Source of the DNA: Nitrospirales bacterium
Lineage (GTDB): Bacteria; Nitrospirota; Nitrospiria; Nitrospirales; UBA8639
Assembly: GCA_965203295.1 (NCBI GenBank)
Contig: CBDBCZ010000018.1
Location: 608,001 to 672,000, forward strand
DNA length: 64,000 bases
Reading direction: 5' to 3'
In this document: piece by piece, positions 1 through 20,534 of the stretch
Numbering within the stretch: the first letter of the stretch is position 1
Layout of the letters: the number at the start of each line of letters is the position of its first letter
Program-made: the position numbers and the translations under genes
The notes under the pieces: generated by a model
What the model was told of the DNA's origin: nothing
Seen by the model: only the letters and a program-made list of their open reading frames with translations
The model's database searches: none

Positions 1-159
1 CTAAGCATTTAATGGATGGCTAAAATCTTTAACGGCTGTTAGACACCGCCTACAAATGTAGAGTTTGTGGTGGGTGAGGCCTACTCTGAATACTGTAGCT
101 AAACTTCGTGTTATTCCTAAGCTGCACTATTATTCCTGTTTGATGCCTCATAGTTTGCC

Positions 160-505
160 TCACTCATAAAAAAAACAGATGGAAAAATGCGGAAGAGAGT
201 CTGGTGCACTTGATACATATACCCTTTATGGGATGTTGCTTGTATGGCGTAATTACTGTGGGTGAGATAATTGAGGTGGGAAGTTCCAATGCTAAAAACC
301 TAGTGTAAACAGTGCAAAGCTATATCTACAGCTATGCATGAGAAACAAGAGGCGTGCATATTCCAAAGTTTCCAATCAACCAATCAGATTCGACCCTCTG
401 AAATTCCGCGAACTGCAAATTATTCTGTATCCAGTGCACCAGACCCTCTTCCACACTTTCCCTCCGTTTTTTTTTTGAGAGTGTAGGGAGCGTCTGAGGG
501 CCTAG
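160..505. mobile_element. Degraded MITE-like inverted-repeat element
   Basis: ggaagagagtctggtgcacttgatac (~191) is the inverted copy of gtatccagtgcaccagaccctcttcc (~427). Ends are imprecise. Confidence 0.5.
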
Positions 506-648
506 AGTAAGTTCGCTCTAGCCTACTCATGCTCACTCCACTATTGTCTATATTCAGCTGATATATTTTCAATCACTGCAAGGGCTAGACCATAAGCTCC
601 CACTCCTGCTAACATCATTTGAGGCACTCCTGGTTCTTATTCCTTTAG

Positions 649-8533
<7,885 letters not shown>

Positions 8534-9295
8534 GAACAATGAAGTAGAACTGTGTGATGTATCCACGACTATTAAGTTATAAAACGTGTAGCTATCTACT
8601 TTGTCGCATCATGACTCAATTGTACCAATAGCTAGCACCAGTATCTCACAGTTTATGTTAGAAATTGCCATGAGTAGATTGACTTTGGTTTGCTAGCTTG
8701 ACTGTTGCTAATCTGAGTGTTGTTTCTTTACTGTACCACTTTACCTGTTTATACCTAACTGTGATTTATACCTCTAAATATAATGAATTCTTGATTCAAA
8801 TGTAGCTATACCTATAACAGGTTGTGACGAGAGCCTTGGTACACTCTTATCTGCATGTACCACAAGCTGTATGCTTCATTATGGGTAGAAGTGGGATATC
8901 CATGCATGCCTAAAACAAATCGGATGGAGGGCCACACACAATTCCTCCTCCTACACACACCACGCACATCAATAGCCTCGTTCCCGGCCCCCTCCGACTT
9001 TTTCGAGGGGGGCCGGGCACATCAACTCCTGAAGAGTTCAAAAATGAAAACTCACATTTCACTGCCGCACAGGAGGCTATATATACCAATGCTGTAGTGG
9101 ACCGTTCGGGAAAGTCACTGGCTTATTTTATCAGGCACATGAAGGCAATTCAATGTCCATTCCAATGTCTGCGGCTTTAGCGATGTAGCTAAGTAAGTGG
9201 GAAGATACTTTTTCAACAAGAAGAGTGCCGGGCTAAAAACAGGAAAGCCCAAAGAGTATCGCGTTAAACAAAATAGTTACTGTCCCCTTTGTAAT

Positions 9296-9381
9296 AGTTA
9301 AAGGTCAGTTTGGGTGAGGGGAATTTAAAGTCCGAGGCGAAGCCGAGGATTTTAACCCCTCACCCAAACTGACCTTTAACT
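9296..9381. repeat. Palindromic (hairpin) repeat with a ccgaggcgaagccgagg core
   Basis: agttaaaggtcagtttgggtgagggg ... cccctcacccaaactgacctttaact form perfect 26-bp arms. Confidence 0.8.
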
Positions 9382-9508
9382 GATTTAATGTACATTGGTA
9401 TAGCAATGATCCCTGTATGTGGCCTCCTTTGAGTGCTATAAGTGTGGGAAAAAGTGGTTGCCACGGTAATGTACATTAAGTATGGTAAGAACAATTGAGC
9501 TGTTTTAA

Positions 9509-10464
9509 GGTAGGAAGAGCCTCACCTGGAATCCACAATTCAAATGGACGGCTTTGTTGATAACATGAAAGTCTACCTCGAATTGACCAAAATTTTGCAT
9601 CTAGCCACACCTCCTGCTAAATAATCCACAAAAGCGCAATTTCGGGTTGCTTTAAAATACGAGAAATTTTGGAATCTGCTAGAGCCCCACCCACAGTCTG
9701 GCAACAACACCAGTACCTACAGAGGACAGGCTACAAACGTAGGGATGCTTTTTCACAGGAATGCTTCAAAGCCAGTTTTACAGCCCTGAACGCATCCAAC
9801 CACCCCAAAACCCTCATTTTCGCTATCCTGACTTTCAAAAAAAATTCGGCAACCGCCCACGCTCACCCGACGAATTCGAGCCCTGCATTACAAACTTCAA
9901 CCTACTCCCACAAAAATTAGGAATGCGATTTTTCATTCACCCCTCGGTTTCTGAGAACCACCCACCAAAGCTCTCCCTATAAATCTCCACAGATTTTCAC
10001 ACAACTAGCTATTCGAGCTAATTTTAAAAAAATGGGCGGGGCCTACAGACCCGAAAGGTGACTATTCTAGCCTACCTGAGATGGGCAACAACCTGCCACT
10101 ATCCGTCTGTCTGGCTGACTTCTAGCCACTCGGGCAGCCTAACAAACTTCTACAACACACTAGCTAGCTATTCTGACATAAAAAGCCTACTCACAATTCT
10201 ATGATGTCATATCTTCTTTTTTACAACAAAAAAGTGTTGAAAGCCAACATCAGAGTACCGCTCAACCACATCAAAGTGCCGATATCGCATATGAAAGAGC
10301 CGCTATCCACATCAAAGTGACACACCCCTCCTGTTGATTCCGGTTGCCGCCATGGGAAAATGCAAACATATCAATGAATCTAATTAGCGCCACGTGAGTG
10401 ACGTCGTCTCATTAATTATTCATGAGGAGAATCACGCGGATTCGAAGGTGAGGCTCTTCCTACC
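9509..10464. mobile_element. Kolobok-like non-autonomous DNA transposon (TTAA TSD, GG..CC ends)
   Basis: TTAA|ggtaggaagagcctcacct ... aggtgaggctcttcctacc|TTAA; no coding capacity seen. Confidence 0.75.
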
Positions 10465-10835
10465 TTAACAGCAGCTATATTTCCCGCTAAGCTCATCAGT
10501 GAACTCAGTCTGAAAAGACGTGAAGCCACATTATGCTTGCACGTCAACAACTGCTGAGCTGAAGTAGTGTTGCTCCTTCAGACAATGGATGATGGTTTGA
10601 GTGTTGATTACATGTAAAGCATGCATGGCAGCATTTGCAGAAGACAAAACCGAGAACACCAAGAGGCTTTCTCTTTCCGATGAATTGGTAGCTACCTTAA
10701 TTTGATGAAGTGCTCTCCTACATCAACTACGACTGCGACTTCACCTTAGCCTGGAAAAGAACTTTCTTTACAAGGTCACAAAAGTTTGTGAGGATCTTCG
10801 CAAGAGTAGGTAAAAGGAGCAAGCTCGTTCTCCTG

Positions 10836-11880
10836 CACACACAGCAAAATCTGTTATTCTGAATCAGAACTATTTCAGTTTTGTATCAGTTTCGGTGTAA
10901 CAGAGCGGTAGTATAGTACCATATCTGAAGGCTTGGGCAATGAACTGTTACGTTCTGATAGTACACATCTGAATCAGACAATGCTAATAACAATGTCAGT
11001 TACGTACGCGTTCTGATACATTACTGAAAGCGTACTGAACTGTATCACATCTGATGCCTGCTACAGGAGTAGTAATCAAAACGCATCTGATTCAGCCTGA
11101 GTGTTACGGTTGTGCAGCAGCGTTCAGTTACACTAGTGAAAGTTCCCTGAACTGTATCACATGTGATCCAATTTTTATTTAAATAGCCACAGGAATAACA
11201 ATTTTTACAGAAGAAAAGAAATGTGACTTATACAAAAAAAATCTAATAGTACAAAGAATTAGTTCAGTCATGGAAAGCTACAAATGTCTACATCCATTTG
11301 TTCACACTCTATTCTACGACTCATAAACTTGCAAGTGTTTGTGCACATATACGACAGACAGTAATGTCTGTCGTATTATGTGCACAAACACTTGTACTCA
11401 TAACAGGTATATTGTATCATGTAAGTAACACTCAACGTCATCAATAGGTGACATTACTTTCAAGCTAGCTTACGAATCATCTGATACTGACCTGAACCCG
11501 TACACATCTGCATCAGATCTGTTCTACACTCTATTCTACGACTCATAAACAGACACTACTGTCTGAATGCTACTGTCTGTCGTATATGTGCACAAACACT
11601 TGTACTTATAAGTAACACTCAATGTCATCAATAGGTGACATTACTTTCAAGCTAGCTTACAAAACGGTGCCACTGATCTGATACTGACCTGAACCCGTAC
11701 ACAGATCTGTTCTACAGTTCTGATTCAGCAAGTACAATATCAAGATATTGTGGTTCATGCTGAACTGATACAGAAATGTACTTACATTTCTGATACTGAT
11801 CTGCTGCAACTACAGTAAGCTTACTGATTCAGTACAGTATTCATATCTGTATCATACGTTTCTGAATATTTTTGCCTGCG
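10836..11880. mobile_element. Degraded foldback-like element rich in tctgatac/gaactgtatc motifs, with an internal duplication
   Basis: cacacagcaaaa.. and ..ttttgcctgcg ends; ~11305-11475 is repeated at ~11527-11660. Confidence 0.4.
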
Positions 11881-11921
11881 ATACCTCGCGATACTGACTG
11901 TTAGGTAAGCGTTTGACGCAA

Positions 11922-11982
11922 GGGAATTTCCCTTGTCGCTTCGCCGGCCCTAGGCACGAGAAGGGGAACTCCCTCACGTCAT
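11922..11982 (+). promoter_or_regulatory. Paired NF-kB-like sites plus a CRE-like half-site upstream of death-domain gene copy A
   Basis: GGGAATTTCC (11922-11931), GGGAACTCCC (11964-11973) and tcacgtca, ahead of a probable non-coding exon ending accag|gtaatg at 12120. Confidence 0.5.
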
Positions 11983-12288
11983 TTAGCCAAACTTTGTGCT
12001 TTACTATATACGTGTAGTGTTTCGTGGGGCGCGCACGGCAGAACCGGCAGTCAACCATCGTAAACGACAGTCAGGCAGTCTGTTAATAGACCGGGTCGAT
12101 GCGGTCGTACTTCCGACCAGGTAATGTACCGAGTAACGCTTCCCTTCACTGTGTGAACCCACTGACACTGGGGCAGCATGCTATGATGCCACACTGCCTG
12201 TAGCGTAATGTACCATATGACCTTAATATCTCCTAGCTACTGGTCTAGGACAATGTTCCAGAGTGGGTTTATACATCTTAGTACTAAT

Positions 12289-12356
<68 letters not shown>

Positions 12357-13021
12357 TTGCACTGCTCCTCAATAGTACCTAAGTATTGCGTGGAATTATC
12401 GGACATTAGGCATGCTCTCTATGGATACCCCACCCACTTTTTTTTACCTATGATTAGGACTTCATATACTACTGGGATATGCATGCATGTATGTCCACAG
12501 GTCAAGGCCATGAATAAACCATCCAGCGACTAGTTGTTTATGAGATTCAGTGCATAAGTATCAGCTGTATCTTACGGCGTTGTGGTTAAGGTTTCCGAAA
12601 TTGTCTCAAAACAAGCATTGTTACTTTACAACCTACTCCCAGATCCGCAGCTATAGACTGCTTTGTGTAAGCTACGGATTCGTTGTCCTGCCAACAACTC
12701 AAGACTACCCAGGACACGAACTGACAATTGAGTAAATTGTTAGGTAATTCTACATTAATGTGTACATGCACGGAGGCTAACCCATAACTATGCTTGAAGA
12801 TGGAAAAGTCATGAAATGCATATGCATGCCTGTAACTGTACAGGTGCAGTACAGTAATAAACTAGCTAGCTCTTGCTTAAAGTTCATTCTACTGATTTCT
12901 ATAACCCTTTAATCATTGAAATAAGTTGATGATTGTATCACATAACTGTTCTTATAGACAAAATACACATGGTGTGATATTTTTTTTACTGATGTAATTA
13001 TATTTACTTACAGGTGATGAA

Positions 13022-16000
13022 ATGGCTAGTACAAAGAGTCCAGTTTTCTTCAATCCCAACACCACATACTACAGAAGCCACTTTGCCCTCAAGACAATAA
13101 TTCAGCTAGTTTCTGAACAGGACGAGCCACCAAGCCGCAGTTTTCAGCTAGACTTTGCTCCTGTCTGGTCTGACATTTGCCAGATGCTGCGGTGGTATGG
13201 AGCTAACCAGGTGGGCAAGCTCAGGACTGCACCTGACACACTCATGGAGGTGCAGTTTGCTTCAGACAAAGCCCTGAAGAAGTTTCTGCAGTCCCAGCAG
13301 AAGATAGAGACAGCTATGGCCGAGGTCATGACTGCAAGATTGCGTACCAACAAGCTTCAGGCAAGCAGAATGTATATTGCTATAGTGTGCATGTAATCTC
13401 TGTATACATCTTTGAGACGAACATGGTTAACGTGTACAATGTACGCTTTGTTTACCAACAGGATCCAAGCACCACCTTTAAGGCCTCCACTATGCTGTTA
13501 CTGGTAACTCCAAATGATACAACCGGCAGCACTGAATTTAGACCAGTCACGCTAGCAAACCATCGCAACTGTGTGTCCCTCTACATCAAGAGTAAGATGG
13601 CTGAGCTACCTAGTGACCCTGACACTGCATTGAAAACAGGTAGGTCGCCTGCAACAAGAATTTAATTTTAGCTATATTGTTCGTAGATTTATTAAAACGA
13701 CAGTGAAAAACAGTAGATGCAAGCCATACTTCTTTTCAGGACTTATGTTTTCATTTTGAAACAGTTTAGTGTAAACGTAAAACAAATTTTTATTATAGTA
13801 TATATGGGGCATAGTATTATTGGTGGTCTTTAAAAACTTAAATTTTATAACTTCCGTTTTTAAATGCAGCTCCTGAGGATGTGTTAACGGAGGACGACTT
13901 GCCAGAGCTGATGAAGCTTCTGTCTGATGTCGTGGACTGGCATGGTTTGGGTCTCTTCCTTGGAATACCACCTCACAAGCTACAGATGATAGAGAGTGAC
14001 CTCTCAGGTGCACAAGTTGGGCGTACGCTGCGGCTATTGTCGTGTGTTCTGGTGGAGTGGATGCAGAACCACCAGGAAGCAACATGGTCTACTCTGGTTC
14101 ATGCACTTTCGTCAATCGGGAAGAGACCAGCTGCACGCAGAATTGCACATGAATATGGTATGTGTGTATATGATGCTACACTTTAGCTACTCCTACGTAA
14201 AATCTAGTGGCTCATTTGATTGTTTCTTTCTACTGTACATGTAGGCATCCATATTCCAGATGAGTCTGTGTTGAAAGATCTTACCCCAGAAGAGGTATGG
14301 ACCAAATTTTTACATTACTGCATGCCACATTAGTGCACAGTAATGCACTTCAATTCTTTTGTTTAGAGTGAAAAGCTGCAGGAAATACTAGAGGAAATAA
14401 AGAAGGTGCTAAATAGCCAGCCCAGTGATATGGAAATGGTAAAAATACAAAATGCCATTAAGGAAGCTCAACAAAAGAAACAACTAACATTGAAAACCTT
14501 TGCCTCTATTGTTGAAGATACTATTTCCAAAGTGAAAGTGCTCTTAGCAGAAAAAAAAATGCTGGAGGATCGAATTAGTGACAAAGAAAGGCAATTACAG
14601 GAGCTCAGAGAGGGGCAGGGGGCAACCGCTTCTTCACTGAAGCAGGAAGTAACAGAGCTGAAGCAGCAGCTGCTGGAAACAAATGAGCAGCTTAGTGCTG
14701 TTACGGTTCAACATAGCAGTGAGCTTTTCAAAAAATCTTCAGAAATTCATGCCTTAACCAGCCAAACCCAGCAGTTGATGAGTGAAAATGATAAACTAGG
14801 TGCAGTCCTATGCAGTAATATTACACTCATTAAAAGTCTGGAAACCTCAAGTTCATCTCTGATCCAATTAACTACCAATCTGCAGGTTAGTATTATTATG
14901 ACTAAATCCTACTATGCATGCACTGAATTCCGATTTTTCAACCACACTTCTGTAGCTCAGTCTGGATATGGCACTGCAACACCAGCAGCAATTAACATCT
15001 CAAATACAACAGCAGGAAGAACAACATGAGCATGAGGTTGCTGCATTGCGAGAGAAAGTGCACGTGCAGCAGAAACGAGATGAGCAGCATTCCAGCAGCC
15101 CAGAGCTTCTTGATAGCCTCAAGCAGATCAGCGATTATGCACTCAAGCAGTTAGATCTTCTGTCAGAAGAAAAACCTCAGGTAATATTCCAGAAGAGCCT
15201 AGTAGTAAAAGTTTGCATAAACTCATGAAATTCACAAGCTACAATCAAGATAAAATCTTAAAAAAAGCCTACATGGTTAAAGTGTAGACAGCCACATTTT
15301 ACCTAGAGGCCATAATATTACTGTGGCTGGCGTTAGACCAGTATTTATAGCTAATTGGTCTTGCCTCAACCAGAGATGTCTAGTGTGCTGTTGTTGAGAG
15401 CCAGTAGGTCTGTCCAGCCTAAACATGTAAAACTTCACATTCAAAACTGGAACTCTTTTATTGCCATTATCATTGTCATTTTCAATAGTCAGCCAAACAG
15501 CAACCTGATAAATGCAGTTGTATACAGGAGAAATTCAAAACCATTAGCCTTAGGTGTTCAGGCATGTCAAATATCAGTTTATCGAGCTATACTTCCTCCA
15601 CGCTTAGCCTGAGGAGCGTCTAGCAGAGCCCCACCCAGTCCTGGAGCAACACACCTGCCAGATGCAGATCCCCAAGGGCCACAACCCTCGTAAACAAGGC
15701 TGGAAAGACGTGGTACGTTGCCCACCTGACAAAATGTAGTGATCAAGACACTTGCTGTATATTAAGATGTAGTTATCCCTTCCATCGCATTCACCTACTA
15801 TTCTGCTCCCCATGTAGGTTATGGTGATATCATTCACAATGAGGAGGCTTCGGATTTTTGGGAAGGAGGAAGAGATTGAAGCAGGCCCTCCAATCACCAC
15901 TTTCGAGTTCAGGTACATACCGAAGAGTTCGTATCAAGCGCCCATGGGCAGGGAACCTTAGAATGCAGTGAAAGAGGGGGGTAGGCGCTCACTACATATC

Positions 16001-17749
16001 ACTGTACATCAGCTTAGTGATACAGGAGCAACACTGTAAGGCACTTGTGCCCATTAGCTATTTTGTGAACACACTGCAGTAGTGGGTGAATGATGATTAA
16101 TCACACCTTGGAAGCTCAAAGGAGATTGGACATATTTGACCTTTTGTATCAGGTTGTATTATAATTACATGATGTATACAATCTAACGTTAATCTTGCAC
16201 GACACCGACGATAAGGAGCCCTTCATATTGCAAATACCACAGGGAAAGAATCAAAAATCTAGCCTAATTTTCTCCAGACGATCGCTTTGAAAATTGACTT
16301 GCAAGAAGAAAACCTATTGCTGGTGTAAAATTTAGAATTTCCCATCACAACTCAAGGACCTTGGCTGTCTTTGAAGTGATAATTCTATCTCTGAATATCT
16401 CTCATGAGCAGATGACAAACACACTCTCGAGGCGACACCTTTGACTAAATAGTATTTGCTAGCAGCATTGAGGAGGCTATGGCCAGGTGATTCATAGTCT
16501 TCAAGTTTAACGAACTTCACTAGCTCCATATAGTTATTGTTTTACCGGTGTCAGAGTGTGCCTTTTTACATGTTTCAGCTCCGAATTTTTTTTCCTCCCC
16601 CTCTGGTCACACATAATGAAAATCAATTATGTAACTTGCCCGACCTCCACTGTTGGAAGCCACTTTTGAATCCATGTTAGCTGTACCTTCCATACGAGGA
16701 TTGCTCTAAGCTCTAAGCCTTACAGTGTGGCAAAAATTCTGCAATTTTATGTCTTTAGTGCAATTTTATTGGGGATTGGGTGTACATTATGTGTGTGTTA
16801 TATAACTTTTGCACTCTGCAGTAGTTAACCATGGAACCTTCTCTTCCTCAGTCAAGTATACAAAGTGCAAACCCTTCGTCCTGGGGAACATGAGATAGTG
16901 AGGGTCAAGCTGAGCGATTCTAAAAAGATTCTTGTAGTGAGTTAGGGGGTGGGGCTTGGCAGGGAGAAACGCTACTAGTAACTTCATTTTCAGTTACGAT
17001 TGCTGTATACTTCAATTCGCTCATTATCACCTCTTCCCTCCCTACCTCCTCAGCTGTTCTACATTGAGCAGCAGTCTAGTGAGACCCAGAGGTTCCCACT
17101 CACCAGAGACCATGAAGTGAGAAAGGCTTCATCTTTGCTATTTATGTGCTCCCACACCTGTGAGTTGAGACCTGGGACATGTTGTTGCTCCGCAGGAGAC
17201 AACAGTCAACATTCGTGGTCACCAGTTTGTGGAGATCGTGTACCACACTCCCTCCAACTGTGACGTCTGCAACAAGACACTGCCCTGGTCCATCAACGTT
17301 TTCAGAAAAGGACAGGTCTCCTATGAGTGCAAACGTGAGTTCACTCCATGCCAGCACTATATAGGCTGGTGTTATAAAGATTCCCACACACATTTATTGA
17401 AATGACCTTCATAACTACACTGCCGAATTTGGGCAACACCACTGTTGGTTTCTAATCAGGTGCTTCCCCCACGGTTTACTTTAACCTGCATTCATGTACG
17501 GCAACATCTAGTAGCCTGAGCTATCTCGTATCTAGTACATTACATCAAGATGATGTTATTCTAGGTTGCCACCTGAAGTGTCATAAGGAACATGTGGACA
17601 AGGGGGAGTCAACCATTCAGCCATGTGTGGATGGAGAATTGAAGAAGTTGCTCCTACTCATTAAGAATACAGAGGATCGTTCCCGGTGGCTCAACCAACT
17701 CTCCCGTATTACTCGGGGGGATTCCCAGAGGCCACCCAGCCCATTGTGA
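13022..17749 (+). CDS. Chimeric gene copy A: N-terminal (possibly TRADD-N-like) domain, death domain, coiled coil, and ROCK-type split PH/C1 domain
   Basis: Exons 13022-13360 (GC donor), 13462-13639, 13870-14157 (death domain: DWHGLGLFLGIP..EATWSTLVHALSSIG), 14245-14294, 14367-14885, 14956-15180, then 15608-15712, 15818-15912, 16852-16936, 17054-17116, 17196-17334 and 17565-17749 (RKQGWK; GHQFVEIVYHTPSNCDVCNK..ECKRCHLKCHKEHVDK; RSRWLNQL). All phases are compatible. Confidence 0.75.
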
Positions 17750-18559
17750 GCTTATATCAGCGCAACATACTATTCTGCTTGTCTTTAATGTTGAAGTTGT
17801 TATGGTTAGGTCCAACTGAAGTTTAGAAATGTCAAAATTCATGACAGTGTATTCACCCTTGTAGCTTGACAACACGGCAATGGAAGGCCATAAAAACAAA
17901 TCAGGGCTTGAGTTTTAAGTCCAGAAACAAAAGTTTCAATGTGCACCGTCATTTCATGCAGGTAGAAAAATTCCCCTACCAGTTCAAAGCACATTTGTGG
18001 TAAATCCGTCCGAATACAAAATACAGATGCCACGGCAGTATTTGTAGGTCTAAAAGGTACATGGTGAAGCTTTGAGAATGAAGATTTATTGCCCTTTGTT
18101 AGGGAAATGGATTTGTAAACTTAGCTCTGTGCACTCTCGAGGTAGAATATAAGTCTTCGTTGTCAATGTTTAGACATGCAGGCCTTCGGAAGTTTTATTA
18201 TAACTGCGAATCAATCCTATGTGTAGCTCGAGAGTGCAAAAATTTCTCGCAACAGATTCAGCACTCAATACACTTATGCAGGGATTACAATACTTCATAT
18301 GTCTTATATTCTTGTGCGCTTGTGTACTTTTCCATGACTACCAGTGGACGGAGTCATCACTTCCAGTTCCTAACTTTAATTGAACCAAAAAAAAATTTTT
18401 TAGCAGGAGCTAAAATACTACGAAAAGTAAACATCTTGGGCGGAAAAAGCTACTAATAATATACTTACCAAATTAACCCTGTTAGACTGAGTGTTTTACT
18501 ACCCCTTTATAAGGTTTTTGTTTTTTAAAAACCTTTTGACCAAAACTGAATCCACTACT

Positions 18560-19860
18560 CTCCCAAACTTGCATCCTCTAATGCACCACAAAGGTCTGTA
18601 GCAGTCCAGCGGCCGCCAGAAACGCAGCAGGCACCACACAATTATGCTACCTACACTGGCTCAGGATCCAGACACAGACTCCCATTGCCTGTGGAGTTGC
18701 TACAAAACTCAGACTGAAGAGATTGTAAGTTACACTTTGCTCCATTTCACTTTCCTCCATGCACACAGTTTGGCTAAGCAGCCTAGAAGGGATGCAGTTA
18801 TTACACATTGTGGTGTGCGTGTGGTTGGCAAGATGTAGAGATGGTAACCCCTTAAATTTCTGTGGTGTGATTTCTACCTTGCTTGGTTCCTTTTTTTGTG
18901 ATTCTATCATTACTTCTTCCTTTTTTTCATTGTTTTTCAATAAATAATGTGTAATATATTAGCTTACGCCTGTATCCTGTGCAATGATTTTAGAGATATA
19001 CAGCTTGTGATGGGTGATATATAACATACCAACATCACATCTCTTTCTGGGGTGAACTGGTCTTCAGCTGTCCTTATAAATGTATGTAGGCTGCATCCAT
19101 TTACATTGGGAGGTTTATTTAGACAATCACGGGTGAACTGAACCTAAGCTACACTTGCATTTACACAATAGGGGTGCCTAACAGACTTCATACATGCAAA
19201 ATTAGGCTAATAAACCCTTTCTGTTGCCAAAATACATGTACAGGAAGAAGAAATTTCATAGTTGAGCCTGTATGAAGGCCTTTGGTTAGAAAATCAGCTC
19301 ATACAAACACAACAGCCTTTCCCCAAGTGTGTATACCAGTTGGAATGAGTTTGTAATAAAAATTATTTCTAGTGTATTATTTTCAAGTACCTCAGTGTTA
19401 TCGTACTGTAGCCAGATAGTCTCCTTTAGATCTACTTTAATCAAGAATCGTTATAGTTGCTATGTGCCCTCAAGAGACACTCCCAACATAGTGAGCATAG
19501 TGATCTGATGCAGCCATTGCCTAACCTTGAATCCAGCCGTCCCAGCTTTTTTTTTCCCGTTTGCTTGAAGAAAAAGCCCCCCTAAAAGGCCGGGATAGCA
19601 GAGTTTGAGGCTAGCATTTAATAGTAAAGAAGGAGAGCACATAAATTTAACTGTATTCCTGTGTCTTTGTGTATGCTAGTGATTACTCAACTATAGCAAT
19701 GAAATCGCAATTAATTGCACCCTACTTGTTCTCTGTCTTTGTACACAGTGCCACCCCTTTCCACAACAAGCCAAGATCACCAATGAACCATTCACTGTCG
19801 CAGACACTGTTTAGCTACATACAATCGTTTTTCTCATCCTTTATTGTGATTAAGTATGAC
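18560..19860 (+). pseudogene. Decayed original tail exons of copy A
   Basis: Homologous to copy B exons 24932-25142 and 27197-27303, but the 5' end and acceptor are lost and TGG has become TGA at 18715-18717. Confidence 0.7.
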
Positions 19861-19992
19861 ACATCAAGTATTGTAGTCTCTGCATATACAACTTTGGGAT
19901 CTTACATACTCTGGCACCTGCTGTTCAGGTAACCATGTAGTCACAACAAGTAGGCCTGCATGAGCTAATTGTTTACACAAACGGTTGGCGTA

Positions 19993-20056
19993 GGGAGTTT
20001 CCCTTGTCGCTTTGTCGCGCCCTCGGTACCATCCAGAGAAGAACTCCTTTACGTCA
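19993..20056 (+). promoter_or_regulatory. NF-kB-like site upstream of copy B (second site mutated)
   Basis: GGGAGTTTCC at 19993-20002; agaagaactcc replaces the second site; ttacgtca retained. Confidence 0.4.
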
Positions 20057-20390
20057 TTTGGCTAACCTTTGTGCTGTACTACGTGTAGTGTTCTGTGAAG
20101 CGTGGCACGGCAGAATCGGCAGGCAATCAACGATCATTAACGACAGTCAGGCAGTCTGTTAATAGACGGTCGTACTTCCAACCAGGTAATGTACCGAGTA
20201 ACGCTCGCACCTAGGCCTACAGGAAAGGGGAGGAGCTTCCCTTCACTGCCACTGTCACTGGTGCAGCATGCTGTGATGCCCTAGCCTGTAGCGTGATGTA
20301 CCATATGACTTTAATATCTCCTAGCTACTGGTCTATGTAGGACAATGTTCCAGAGTGGGTTTATACATTTTAGTACATGTACTAATATAT

Positions 20391-20534
<144 letters not shown>

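Noticed and set aside
15608..17749. A full ROCK gene
   Set aside because: No kinase or Rho-binding exons are seen upstream; only the PH/C1 exons are present, so no ROCK symbol was assigned.
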